Part shown: piece by piece, positions 38,730 to 53,820 of the stretch | Layout of the letters: each line of letters opens with the position of its first letter | Numbering within the stretch: position 1 is the stretch's first letter | Program-made: the position numbers and the translations under genes | The notes under the pieces: model-generated | Told to the model about the DNA's origin: nothing | Seen by the model: only the letters and a program-made list of their open reading frames with translations | Databases searched by the model: none | From: Trichoplax adhaerens | Taxonomy: Eukaryota > Animalia > Placozoa | DNA: 64,000 bases | Assembly: GCF_000150275.1 (NCBI RefSeq) | Contig: NW_002060948.1 | Coordinates: 1,077,983 to 1,141,982 of the forward strand | Direction of reading: 5' to 3'

Positions 38730-41700
38730 ATTAACTCAAGTGATTGTATCGAAATATCCCTAGATCAAGCTAGTCTTACTGATGTTATTGTTTTTTTCTA
38801 GTGAGAAAAGAAAATGTCCTATCAAAATGATATTAATTAAAGCAAAAAAAACCGGCTCGTTTTGCCTTGTTGTAATAATAATTGACAGCTTTTTACGCCA
38901 GTAGTATAACAAAAGGCAAATAATAATTTATTCTAACGATATTATTGACATGCACGATATCTAACGGGTGTTTAGATAGCTAGTATGCTCGCAAATAAGG
39001 CGTTATGGCCAACACTACCGCTATTATATTCACGTGATGCTCATGAGAGATATCATCCTATCAACTGTTCGTTTAATCTCTTTCTTTTAATTTATTTATA
39101 CCCATCAATTAATAATGCACTCATGAATGGTGCACTATCCTTACAACGCAATATTTACGCTTCGGATCAAAGTAAATCAAATGATGGCTAGTTTGCGCTA
39201 TGCTCGTATATTTGTAAAGCATTCGTGCGAGTATGGCAACAACGTGAAACATTACGCTTAATAACTCGCTTTATGATATAAAATCCCGGGCCTCTATACC
39301 TTTTTATAGTAACTAGGAATTTTTATTAGTGTCGAAAGCGCCTAAAAGTCAGGTAGTAAATTTATAGCTAATAGCCCAATTAGTACGGTGATCTTGAAGC
39401 TTTGAAGGACATAGATATCTGATTACTAATACAAGTCAGTTAGATTACATTATGTCTATTCACACAATCATCAAGGCATATTATATAATCTAATATGAAT
39501 TAGTCGCAATCATATATTATGGCACAAGATGTGTAAAGAACAGTATAAACTTGTAGTACAGCCCCAAATTAGCCCACGATTGTAAGATTGTGTAAATGTA
39601 TATTTGTAGAAGATGATTACAGTACGTATGGTAGTAATTCTGCCGACATATTTATTGATATTAAGATTCCGAGATAAATATAGCTTGGCTTAAGTATGTT
39701 AGTTCTGTGAGATTTACATTGTGACGCTTAATTAGAGGCGCAAATTATGAATAGATGAGGCGATAGTAAATTTAGAACTGATCTTGCTACTTAATTGGCA
39801 AGACATGATTGTGTTAAGGAAAAGTCATTCTGTCGCTGATTGCATACGCGTATATAAACGATGTATTATCCTGTAATAGTCTAGATAGTCTAATTGCAAG
39901 TAGATAGCCCTTCGTGGTTGCAAGATGAGCCAAATATATACAATAAAGTAAAATTTACAAGAAATTGTAATTCTTCTTTTATTTATTTTGAGAAGACACT
40001 TTATCACAGAACTATATCTCATAATCTAAATAAAACATGTCACTAAACATCGCTAAGCTACACTATAGTGAAATAGCACCGTGACAGTGGGATATCTTAT
40101 ATAATTTATAATGATAGCTAAATGGCTTGTATATTTAAGCTGAATTTTATAGAATTAACAGTAGGACAGATTATTGATAAGATTGTTTTCATTATGGTAT
40201 GGTAATCGATGCCAGACTGTACCTTATACAATTTATATGCTAGTATTAAAGCCTTCATGTTTCTATAGCTAATAAACCTAAAGAAAATAACTTTAGTATC
40301 GAGATTACAATAATTTCTATAGTTTAAAGTATACAAAAATCTGCATTTCTTTTCCGAAATTTTCCAGTTCTATAGATAATAATGTTAGTATCATGTTCGT
40401 GTCTACTGTAATTATGGAATTTTCTGTTTATAGGTACTGGATAGTAATTACTAGGTTCAATTTTAAACAAATAGAGATAGTTGGTGTTTTATCGGATAAG
40501 AAATTCGAGTTTCTTCATCTTGAAGAACAATATCAATACATCGCATATACCAGTACTTTCCATGATTTGCAATAATCTGTTCGTATATACGCGTAAACTG
40601 CTATGTTTGCTTGGCCATATACCTTCAAGCATTACGTAAACAATATGAACTTTCTGCGCAGTAACTTGGAATAACTAGCTATATCGATGACTATTGGCAT
40701 GGACATAGTAAGATATTAAGACTATTTAAAAAATTGAAGGGTTCAGTAATACTGTAATGAGATTCCATTTCCGTTCAGACTATGAACAGGTATAAATACC
40801 TTACATAATGTCTTGTGTACCGATAGTAAATATTTTCAATTAAGAGCGATTTTGATAAATTAAAGTGCAGAATTTTAAAACTAGATATGGGAGCCAAACG
40901 ATATTTGACTTCTTGATTTAGCTGAACTCTAATCTCCGCACATTTATAGACTGTTATACATGTGCCAGTATATTTCAAGCTAATATATATATATAAATTT
41001 TATATTATAATCTCATTTAAAGATGCCATATCGTATTGTGATTAAAAGTATGTCTCTATAGCTTCAGAAAGTACGGCTTAGGTTTTAACCGAGTTATTTC
41101 TAGCTCAGTACTGTAATCATTTGATTTAGGTATATAGTATTGGTAAGTGTCATATCACTCAATACAAACCTTCCTGAAATATTATATCACTTCTGGATAT
41201 ATATTAAAACACTAGAAATTATCGATAACTAATCCATAATAGTTATACATGTTGCTCATATAGTATCACCAATATCCATTAGCTCGTCGATATAGTTTGA
41301 AATCCCTATTTCATATTGAACAAATTGGACCCGGATAACTGTAAGATCGAAAATATTTATGCTCCAAGAAAATTTACAGCATTAAATAATGGAATTATTA
41401 CTATGGAAATATTATCAAACCACTCAGGTAAAATCTGTTCGGAGTAACTTGATGGTCAGATAGCATCATTGCCTAGCTATGCTAACGAGCCGTAGAAATT
41501 TATTTACCTGCTACTATAGATTAAATTACATTACATCAAATAACTTGACAGGAAAGGTTATACTGTACTGAAAAGCATTTATTAGGAAGAAAAATAAACA
41601 AAATGAATCACGATTATGATAATCTGTCTCACATGATCTATTTTCTATACAAACCCTAAAAAGTCATTGTAGATCAAGCTATTTTGTTGACAATATGATC

Positions 41701-41961
41701 TATATATATTTATTCCATCGTCTCTTATAATTTATCCTTCATATTCATTAATTATATACACTAACAGAATATAATTTCCTATTGTCGTGTTACTGCTTTA
41801 ATCTATATTCAATGTATTGAACTCACTTGCCTTCTCAATTATAAAATACAATGTTGACTTTATGATCATTCCTTAAGTACTACTTAGTTTATAATCTATG
41901 ACTTTACTTACTTTAAGTTTATCGTGAACGAATGAAATTTATATACCAGCCGATATAAAAT

Positions 41962-44524
41962 ATGGCAAATAATCCTCAGTTTAAGCTGGGAATCTTACAT
42001 TGCAATTCGACCATAGCTAACGCAATTTTTGCCATTTTATCCATAATTGGTCAACTAGGGCAGAGTATTACCTTGCCGTTATGGATCGATTCCACGATTG
42101 ATAACTCATCATTTGAAAACACTGACGGAAATTCTACCGAGTTAAAAATGGATAGCTACTTCGTTTTAACGTTCTCCTTATCAGTATTCTTTCTTTTCTT
42201 TGGATCTATCACGTTATTTCTCAAAGTTACACGTCCAGAAGAAATTAATCCACTCGGAAAACTGTTTCCTAGCAAATATATCTTGCTAGTTGCATCACTG
42301 TCTGCTCTAGATGGTTTATTGATAGTTTATTCGAGTAGCGGCACAAGAACACCACCTCATCTGCAAGCGATTCTACAGACTGTTGTTATACCCTTGACAA
42401 TACTCTTCAGGTTAGACTTAGACAATTTATCCACTGTAATTGACTATAACATAATTTTAAAATGAGTACCATAGGTATATTCCAAACTCTAGTACTAAAG
42501 TTATAGCATACTACGTAATCCATGCCTATTATAAATTTCAAGAAAGATTAATAAGATTTCATCCTCTATTTTTAATTTATCATTTATCAATTAATTATTT
42601 ATATTTGATTGTAATTGGTACATCATCATCATCTCGTCAGTAAAATGTGATTATATTCTGTCTAGCTTGCTTGGCTAATTCTTAACTCAATATCTTAAAT
42701 TACTAGATTTTTCTTTTTACGCAAAAGACCAACGTTACTGAAATTTATCTGTGCTGGTATGGTCTTAGTAGCCCTTTTTGTCTGTTTAATTCCTACCATG
42801 TTTACCATTACTTCCAATCATCAACAGAACATATCTGAAGTATCTAATGATCATCCATCATTTATTTGGCCTATTATTTATATAACAGGTTTGGTAAGTA
42901 CGTTACAGCTTAACAAACATTGCAAATCAAGTATCTAGCGTTAAGATATTTAAGCTTCGCATCATAAGCAGTCAATATTACTAAAAAAATACAGCGGCCT
43001 TCATAACACAATCATTTTTCATCATTTAGATTCCAGGCACAATTTCCATTATCTTCATGGAAGCTAGTTTGAAACTAAAGCTCGATCAAGATAAAACCGT
43101 TAATATATTTTGGTTTTTAACTTGGGTAAAGTTATATCAGTTGGTTATTATTGTCCTTTGCTTTTGGACGGATTTTCTTCCTCATTGGGGTGATCAACCT
43201 AATATTGAGATATTTGCTAAAAGGCACGTTAGCATTAATTCGATGTAGGCTTTGATTTGATCAATTTTTTATATTGTTCAGATAACATAGTTTTGATTCT
43301 AGTTCCGATTCTTTTCGTCTGTCTTGCTATTTCTCGACATTATCATCTATACTATAGCATCCAAACAAAATATTTGTAACATAAATAAGATACCATAGTG
43401 ATTTAGTTTAGTCTTTTAATGTATATCTTGTGGGCAATGTACTAAAGAAGTCTAGGTCACACAATCTTAATCCAAGTTTGTATTGTTCTTTACTTATCTT
43501 TCTATCTGACGGTATTATGATCTAATAATGGAATGCTGCCTTGTTTAGCAGTTTTACAAAGAATTTCTTACTCCATGTGTATTTATACGTATAAAATTAT
43601 TTACTCATAGTTATGTTGAAGGCAATGCATTTAAAGTTTTCTAAAGAAATTTAGCTTTAAAGATTTCCTATATTATCATAATATCAATTTAAATATAACT
43701 CATAACTACTAAATGAACGGTGCTTATAGTATTTGATGTTTTAAATACAATCTGCAAATCAATCTAATTTGCTTACAAATAATGTATTAAATTGGGTTAT
43801 CAAATTATAGCTGGGTATTCTCTATATCATGTTTTTTTGGTGGATCAGGTTGTTCTCCATCGCCTGGAGTACGTGGTACTATTTTCATGTTGTGCTATAT
43901 CTTAAATTTTACATCCAGCCTGCTTTTAATTCAATATTCCGAAGGAGCTGCCCTCGCTGCAATGGTATCGGTAAGTGACCGATTTCAAATATAGATTGCA
44001 TAGTTATGTCACATTTCGTAGCTAATCATATAGATAATTATAATCTATCTCTTTATTGATTCATCATATACGAGCGTACAAAACACCAAACTTCTAATTT
44101 TCATTTTTAGTCTGTTGTGACTCCGTTAAACTTTTTGTTTTGGACCTTATTTAATGAACGACCATTCCAGTGGCATCCTCATCTATCAACTTCCTTATGG
44201 TTTAGTATTGGAGGTTTATGTCTTATGTTTCCAGCTATTCTGATATATAACTTCGGGTAAGAAACAAAATTATATACTTTATAAGTGAAAATTAGTAAGA
44301 ATTTGTAAATTATTGGACCGAGATTTAACGAAGTTGTTTTATTCTCATACATAATTCCCAAGTTTGATACTATGGCTTTGTTAAAAGTATCTAATTTTTT
44401 GTATTTTAATTTATTAACTACAAATAGTGAAAAGGAGAAAGTCGTAGAAGATCATCAACCGGAAGAAAGAAAGCACCTTTTGGAACAAGAATTGCGAGAT
44501 TTATCAAATGCAGAACAATATTAG
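41962..44524 (+). CDS. CRT-like transporter, paralog B, 6 exons
   Basis: Same exon structure as paralog A: GQLGQSITLPLWID, MDSYFVL, SSSGTRTPPHLQAILQTVVIPLTILFR|FFLLRKRPTLLK, SCFFGGSGC, YSEGAAL and FWTLFNERPF. Tail EERKHLLEQELRDLSNAEQY* (TAG 44522-44524). Confidence 0.8.
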
Positions 44525-45369
44525 GAATTACAAAAACAAAGTTATCTTTATTTGTATTATGATCAAGCCTTTCTAATATCTGTAATATTTTATTTTCGAA
44601 TGTTTAACCATAATACTAATGGTGAATTTCACAAAGCTGATAATAGTCTAGACTATTTTAATTATAAACACTAAAATGGATATCATTTTACAATAATATC
44701 CCAATGACAAGATAAAAATTTTTATATAAATTTACTACGCACTTGTATATTTAAGATGAGATATTCGAAGTAAGATATTGTTATTCTATTAAATTATGCC
44801 CTCATGCGATTGCTTCATTGTTTTAAATTAGCATCTAGGCTACTTTCCCCTTATATTGAAAGAAATCGGAGTAGACCATTTTTATCTCCATCAATTATCT
44901 AATTAAGCTCATGCCAGCTGTTTTACGCGATTAATATAATAATCTGCGACTATTAATATCCAGCTTGAAAAGATAATCATCTCATATAAATTCATGATTT
45001 CTACTTAATTAGTATGAAATAAGAATGCTCAATTATACGTTCGGACACTATATGCTGTAGATATGTCCGTAGCAGATTAGCGACTCGTTCACTTTACTGT
45101 GACAGCAAAAATTCTTATAAAAGCTGTTGCTACTACTTCTGTACGTGCCTAAGCAATAAAGTAGTAATTATCTATCAGCACTTTTCCGCGTATTTATTAC
45201 AAATATCTGACATATTTGATATAATACAAGGCTGTTGTACCGCATTTATACTCATTTTAACGCCATCTCTAACTTTTTTTTGCATCTACAAGCGGCTAAT
45301 GGAACAATTATTGATTGGCCTATAACATAAGGTTTTACTACAAAATTTGAAATTATATTGAAGCATCTT

Positions 45370-46090
45370 TATATAGATTCTTTTATCAGAAGCTCTTGAC
45401 TGTAACAAATTGAGGGAATATATTCATCTTTCGATTAGCCCTTGACTGTAGATATGCAGATAGAGTATTCAGCAGTTAGGTTAAAACCTTATACTACATA
45501 ATAATTGTAGATCTCTATAGTATTTAGGATCGTTTTGAATGCAGTCTCTGTATAGTTTCTTTCTGTAGAAGCTTTTAAATGCAACAAATCAATTAGGCTA
45601 GTATTCCTTTAATAGAGTACAAGATCTTTTCCATATGAACCTTTCTAGTATCTATTGAATGTAGGCATACAGATAGAGTATCTAGACATTCGGTTAAAAT
45701 AATTATAATTAATTATACTTTCACGTACACAATAATTCTCTCTGTAGAAGCTGTTGACTGTAACAAATTATTTTGCCTATAATTCCTTTAATAGAGTATA
45801 AGATCTTTTTGCGTATTGATGCTTCTAGTATCTCTTAATTATGGGTATACCGATAGAGTATCCCAGCCATTCACTTCAAATAATTAATTATATTTATGCT
45901 ACATAATAATTGAAGATATTTTAGTAGTGTTTGAGTTAGTTTTGAATGCAACTTCCCGACAAACTCTTTTTGCAGATGTTGCTATCTGTAAGAGCTTGAT
46001 TAATCTATTATTCTCTTAATATAAAATAAAATCTTTCTACAATGCTGGAGTATTTTATTGCAATTCTGATACCGATCTATAGTATTAGAG
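45370..46090. repeat. Degenerate tandem repeat, ~180-230-bp unit x~4, immediately upstream of kaptin
   Basis: Anchor AGAAGCT.TT...TG.AACAAAT at ~45388, 45567 and 45746, degenerate at ~45974. GATAGAGTAT and TTTTGAATGCA also recur. Confidence 0.75.
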
Positions 46091-46249
46091 TATTCTATTG
46101 CGATCTTTGAGCAGATTCTTTGTCCACAAGCTGTAATATAGATCCAAAATCAATAATAAATATTTCTGATCGGACAGACAGACAAATGTCCACTTGGGCC
46201 TCAGGCTACGCGGGCGCAGTGCTAACCTAATTCTACAAGTCAACCCTCC

Positions 46250-49156
46250 ATGGCCTCCATGGCTACAGCTTGGAGAAATTTCGAGCATATTAATTTAATC
46301 TCATTAGAGTCGCAAACGAATATTTATGGCTCAGCAGTGTTATCTTTAAATAGAAATATAAATAAAAAAGTTCTTATTGCATCTTTAGACGGTCCAGTTA
46401 CTTGTGTAAAATATGATAAAACGCGAGGAAACCAACTTAAATGTATATGTGATGAAATGCCATTACCAAGCACTGTCTCATCGTGTAAGTGATATTGCAA
46501 GATGTTGAATTTCTCAATGTTTTTTTCCACAGTTCATCTATTAGTCAATGCTTTATGCAGTAAGTAGGCATTGCGTTACAGGATATAATGCTGTTGTAAC
46601 TAGAGAACTAATCTATAGAATTTTGATGTGTTAGCTATGTTTGAGGTGGTTGCTATTGATTCATTCAATAAATATAATGCTCAAAATCAAGTTGTCATAA
46701 CATTGGTCTTAATGCCTGGAAGTGTAGAGATGGAGGATATTGATATTAATACACCTGAAAAAATTCGTCCACTTCAACCTCTTCTTGCTATTTATGTAGC
46801 ACACAGTGATAAATCAAGTGATCTAAAGATGGAAGAATTAGCTAGTATGACTGAATATTCTTAAAAATAATCGTCATTCATTTCACGAATAAATACTCGT
46901 ATTTCATAGCATTGCCTACAAACTTGCGAGAGATTGACGCGAAACTCTCGTCAGCTTTGCGATCTTCTTCATTGATAATTGTTAGGCTTGTATTTTTCAT
47001 TCATAGATTGATTTATTATTCTTAGGTACAGGCCAAAAATTAGGTTTATCCTTTACACCTCTACACCTCAATCATATTTGGTAAGTTGACAATTCGAGCA
47101 TACCGTATGAAACCCTCGTATATTGTAAACACATTAATTAGACTATCATAGAGAATTTACATTGCTTCCTAGTAAACAATTAAGGATAGAGGTATTGAAT
47201 AACGTAATCATAATCTCATAGATCAGTTGGAAAGTAATGACATTGCCATAATTCTTTGTTCGAATAATTGTAACTTAAACATACAAGGTCTAACCGTAAT
47301 ATTGGAAATATCTAGCATTTGTAGGGATGGAGTGAAAGAGATTGCCATCCTATTATCAGATGTTAACAAAGCAGTCCATGTTTTTGTAAAGGTTAGCATC
47401 TAGCTGTAAAATTGTTCAATGGTTTTGTACTACATTAATCACTAATTTATATTAAGGATCCTAATGGGGACTTTGATAAATCAACATTAGCCGCACAACT
47501 TCCAGAATTTCAAAATTTACAAGACGAGTAAAGTTACATTTTTAATTTGATCTATTCAATGTAGTTTTTGTAATAACGCACGTAAAGGTTTTAAATTTCA
47601 GTAATTTTATCATTAAATTAAGATGATTAATAGTTTATTTTAATTTATTACAAGCGTCCTTTGGATCGATTCGCAGCATACATCGCAGAGAAGGTATACA
47701 GCAGTCGGAGGCCAGGATGGATACGTTAAATTTACAATATCGAACTTGCAAACAAATCGTAAGATAAATGGACATTACTATACTTTTAAAGATTAATTAC
47801 TTTGATTGCGAAATTTAAGGCTGGATTGCACAATGATTCTGAACGATTGATTACAGAACAAATTCAATCTTGGACTATTGAACACCAAGGAGCTATTTCA
47901 TCTGTTCGCTTGTTTACCTTTGAATCTGAAGCATACTGCGGCTCTAAAATTAAAAGTAATTGTACTACAGTACATTAAAAATAATAGGTATCTACTACGA
48001 TTAGCGTTAGTAGGTAATATTAGATATTCTTTACTTTTTTAAAAGGTTCGCTGCAAGATTATTCAAATAAAAGCCAAAATAATGAAGAATCTTGTCGATA
48101 CTCGCTGTTGGTCGCATGCTCGACCGACGTAAGCGTAGTCTACGAGTGCGTAAAACTCTATTTCACTTGAAATGCATAGTAACTTTAAAATAGTAAACTG
48201 ATCAAAGTACATGTACTATTGTCTCTTTTTCGTCTGAATGATTTAAATTTTCATCTTAACAGAGATGTTTGTTCAGAAGGTTTTAATCTACCATTGGTAT
48301 TGCCAGGATCCAATGAATATGATTGTATTTTGTGTAGTTATATTGCTGATATTGATTGGGATGGTAAGAATGAAATTATACTTGGTAGCTACGGGCAGGT
48401 ATATCATACTCAAATATAACTTTAAAGCATTAGAATATTTTAATTCATCGAATAGATTATTTTTGAAATTGAGGGCATATTAAGATTATTTTTTGTACGT
48501 TATTAACTAGGAACTCTTGGTTTATAAACGTTTAGATAATTATTTTAATTTAAGTAAAGACGGTGAGAAAGTGCTGATTTCATTTTTTAAAATACAGCGC
48601 ACTTCGTAACAGTAAATTGAATGGTTAGATATTATTATAATTGTAGTAGGTAAAACTGCGAAAACAGACGGTATTGTTTAGAAATTGATACATGGTGATG
48701 ATAATAATTCTAAATATTTATACCTGAAGATACCGATGAGACTTTGATGGAAAAGGCTCGCTCCCCGTATAAATCTTTGGACTTAATATATCAACATAGT
48801 TTCTCTGAGCCGATTTATTCGTGTTGTTATATCGACTTAACTGGTGACGGCGTTTGCGAGTTAGTCGTTACGACATTTCGCGCTCTTCATGTTCTACAGG
48901 TAACGAGCCTAAGGGTTGGTATATGCCTGTATCTATACTATACTAATAATACCTTTTCTAGATGGGTTACTGCAGTAAATGAATTTGCAGATTTAGCATT
49001 TAAGTAGCAAATTACACCATACAATATGTTAAATCAATCTTATATCGTATCATTGTTGTCTATTATTTTAAACAGCATAATTTGGAGTCAGTTTCGCAAA
49101 AGTGCTCAGAAAGAACAGCATTGTTACTGGAGGGAAGAATTGATTGGGATATCTAA
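46250..49156 (+). CDS. KPTN: Kaptin (KICSTOR complex subunit), multi-exon
   Basis: SQTNIYG, VLIASLDG, EVVAIDSFNK, LSFTPLHL, TAVGGQDGYV, GAISSVRLF, LPGSNEYDCILCSYIADIDWDGKNEIILGSYGQELLVYK and FSEPIYSCCYIDLTGDGVCELVVTTFRALHVLQHNL are all collinear with kaptin. Confidence 0.92.
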
Positions 49157-50021
49157 TCGCAGATATTAAGTTTCACGCCTTAAAATTTGTCTGCTGGTAT
49201 CTTTAACTTGTCTTATTTAATTGTATATAAATATCTCAGATAATAAGTGAAACATGAAATAGTTAATAGGAAACGGTGTTAAGTTGTTATTTAATAAAAA
49301 CTGAATATCCGCTATTTCAACCAACACCGTTAACTCAGACAATCCCGTACTACAATGATATAATTTTATTTCCTTATTGTCAAAGTTATTCATTGTCAAC
49401 ATCATTCCTGCAATAGTTACAGAACCACAATAGTATTATTGAAGACCATGATATACCGCACTAGTGTGATACCCTTCAAAAATAAAAATGTCTAAGGAAT
49501 TTTTTAAATTACGGATTCAGAGTATCCTGTATTAGTTGGACAATTTTCTAGTCGTAAAATTACGTCATGATACTCATAAATAAGACTGTAACTACAATAT
49601 AACAATTAACTATTGGATTAAAAATGATTATAATACACAATTTGTAAGGATTATGATAAAATAAACTATACTAGATTTCTTTCTCTTGGTAAGCTGTACA
49701 ATATGAAATAAGAGAACATAAACAGAGACATAACAATGTTCAGTCTATTCTGTATTACAACTTCATTCTATCTACATAAAAGCATAATAAGCATGAAATA
49801 TTTTTTAAAGCAATGTGTAGAAATACATTATGGTCTTAATTTATGCCAAAATGAAGGTTTGCAAACAATGTTAGCATGTATCCGAGCATATTATCATACA
49901 AGCATATCTTACAATTCAAAGCCCTTGTAGTATAACGTATTTGCTACCATAAGACTGATGAGTTCATAATTTAAGTTGAATTATATTACTTTGATGACTA
50001 GCAATAGTCGCCTATTTCAGT

Positions 50022-50543
50022 TTATCCTGATTCCATTTTCTCTTCACTATCGAGAAAATTTTGGATTATATTTTGTACTCGACGTAATGCAATTTCGTTG
50101 CTACTGCTGCATGAATCCCTGTCGAAAGGTGGATTAACCATTACAATTCCGACAATACATACACCATCTCCATCCAATTGGAAGGGTATTCGACTCTGAC
50201 CTAACCAATCTACTAATCGATTTTTTCGTTGTTTAACGGTTTGATGATCGTATTTATCCACCTCTTGATCCTTTATTGTTAATATCTGTTGTAACTGGTT
50301 AGCTAATGGAGCATAATCTTGATCATCAAGCAATGTTATATTGACAATGGCATGGCCCATAATCAACTTGATCTGTTGCTGCTGATCGAGTAGATTATCG
50401 AATAGTATGATACTAAGTGATTCTGGGTCAATGGTATAAACACATCCAGTTCTCGAGCTACCATCGATCAATTGCAATTTAACTTTCTTATGCAAATAAG
50501 GGATTATGTCAGGTAAAGTTAAGCATGGTGATTTCTCGTCCAT
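50022..50543 (-). CDS. GEMIN6: Gem-associated protein 6 (SMN complex, Sm-like fold), single coding exon
   Basis: KKVKLQ...GCVYTIDPESLSIIL...IMGHAI and RKNRLVDWLGQSRIP...VNPPFDRDSCSSSNEIALRRVQNII. Confidence 0.93.
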   Translation of the reverse strand: MDEKSPCLTLPDIIPYLHKKVKLQLIDGSSRTGCVYTIDPESLSIILFDNLLDQQQQIKLIMGHAIVNITLLDDQDYAPLANQLQQILTIKDQEVDKYDHQTVKQRKNRLVDWLGQSRIPFQLDGDGVCIVGIVMVNPPFDRDSCSSSNEIALRRVQNIIQNFLDSEEKMESG

Positions 50544-50674
50544 CTTTGAAGCAGGTCGAGGTCTTGCTGTTGCTCATCACACCTTGCATCCTGTATTACT
50601 ATAGAAGACAGTATGAATCGTGAGGGCTGTACGAGCACCCCAGTCAAGGCACGCTAGCATCGAGCGGATCGATA

Positions 50675-50710
50675 CTCGCTGTACTGTACTGTACCGTACC
50701 GAACCGTGAC
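50675..50710. repeat. TACTG/TACCG words in the GEMIN6-ALKBH6 bidirectional promoter
   Basis: CTGTACTGTACTGTACCGTACCG within a locally GC-rich stretch between the head-to-head genes. Confidence 0.7.
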
Positions 50711-51288
50711 CGAGCAAAGAGATGACTCTAGTACCGCATCAATCAAAACTCCGTTACGACCACGTCTACCTTACTACTGAAATAGTATAACGTAAGTGAG
50801 TATATAGTAGTAAAATAGAGCAGGCCCGCAGAGACTATATAGCAGTAAGCGGAGCGTGTATTTGGCGCTAGATACTCAAGACTCCCTAACTTTAGAATTG
50901 CCAAGGTTACAAGCTACTTCCAATATTGCTTTTAGCAACAAATTATCATCTAGACACATCTAATATAGTTGTTTACACCCAAATTCATAGGTAGAATACA
51001 TTAATGATCATTTTAGCTAATTCGATGACTTTTTGTTGTACTAGTACCGGCAGTCAAGATCAAGATTAATAAGTATTGAAGGTTCACCAAGATCTCGTGC
51101 AAGCCAAAGCATAACGATCAAGATTTAAATTATATACTGTGGTTTACTCCGGTTGGACATCGACATACCTGATGGTAGCCCTCGTGCATTAAATTGTTGA
51201 GATTGCTTGTTGTGCATTATCCTGGTACGACCTATCTGCAATCGCTGAAATTTGGGTAGTTCATCTACAGTATTATATCTTTGCATTG

Positions 51289-53820
<2,532 letters not shown>

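Noticed and set aside
50022-50543. Intronless GEMIN6 as a processed pseudogene
   Set aside because: The frame is intact and full-length, has conserved motifs, and sits at a bidirectional promoter with ALKBH6; no poly(A) tail or target-site duplication.
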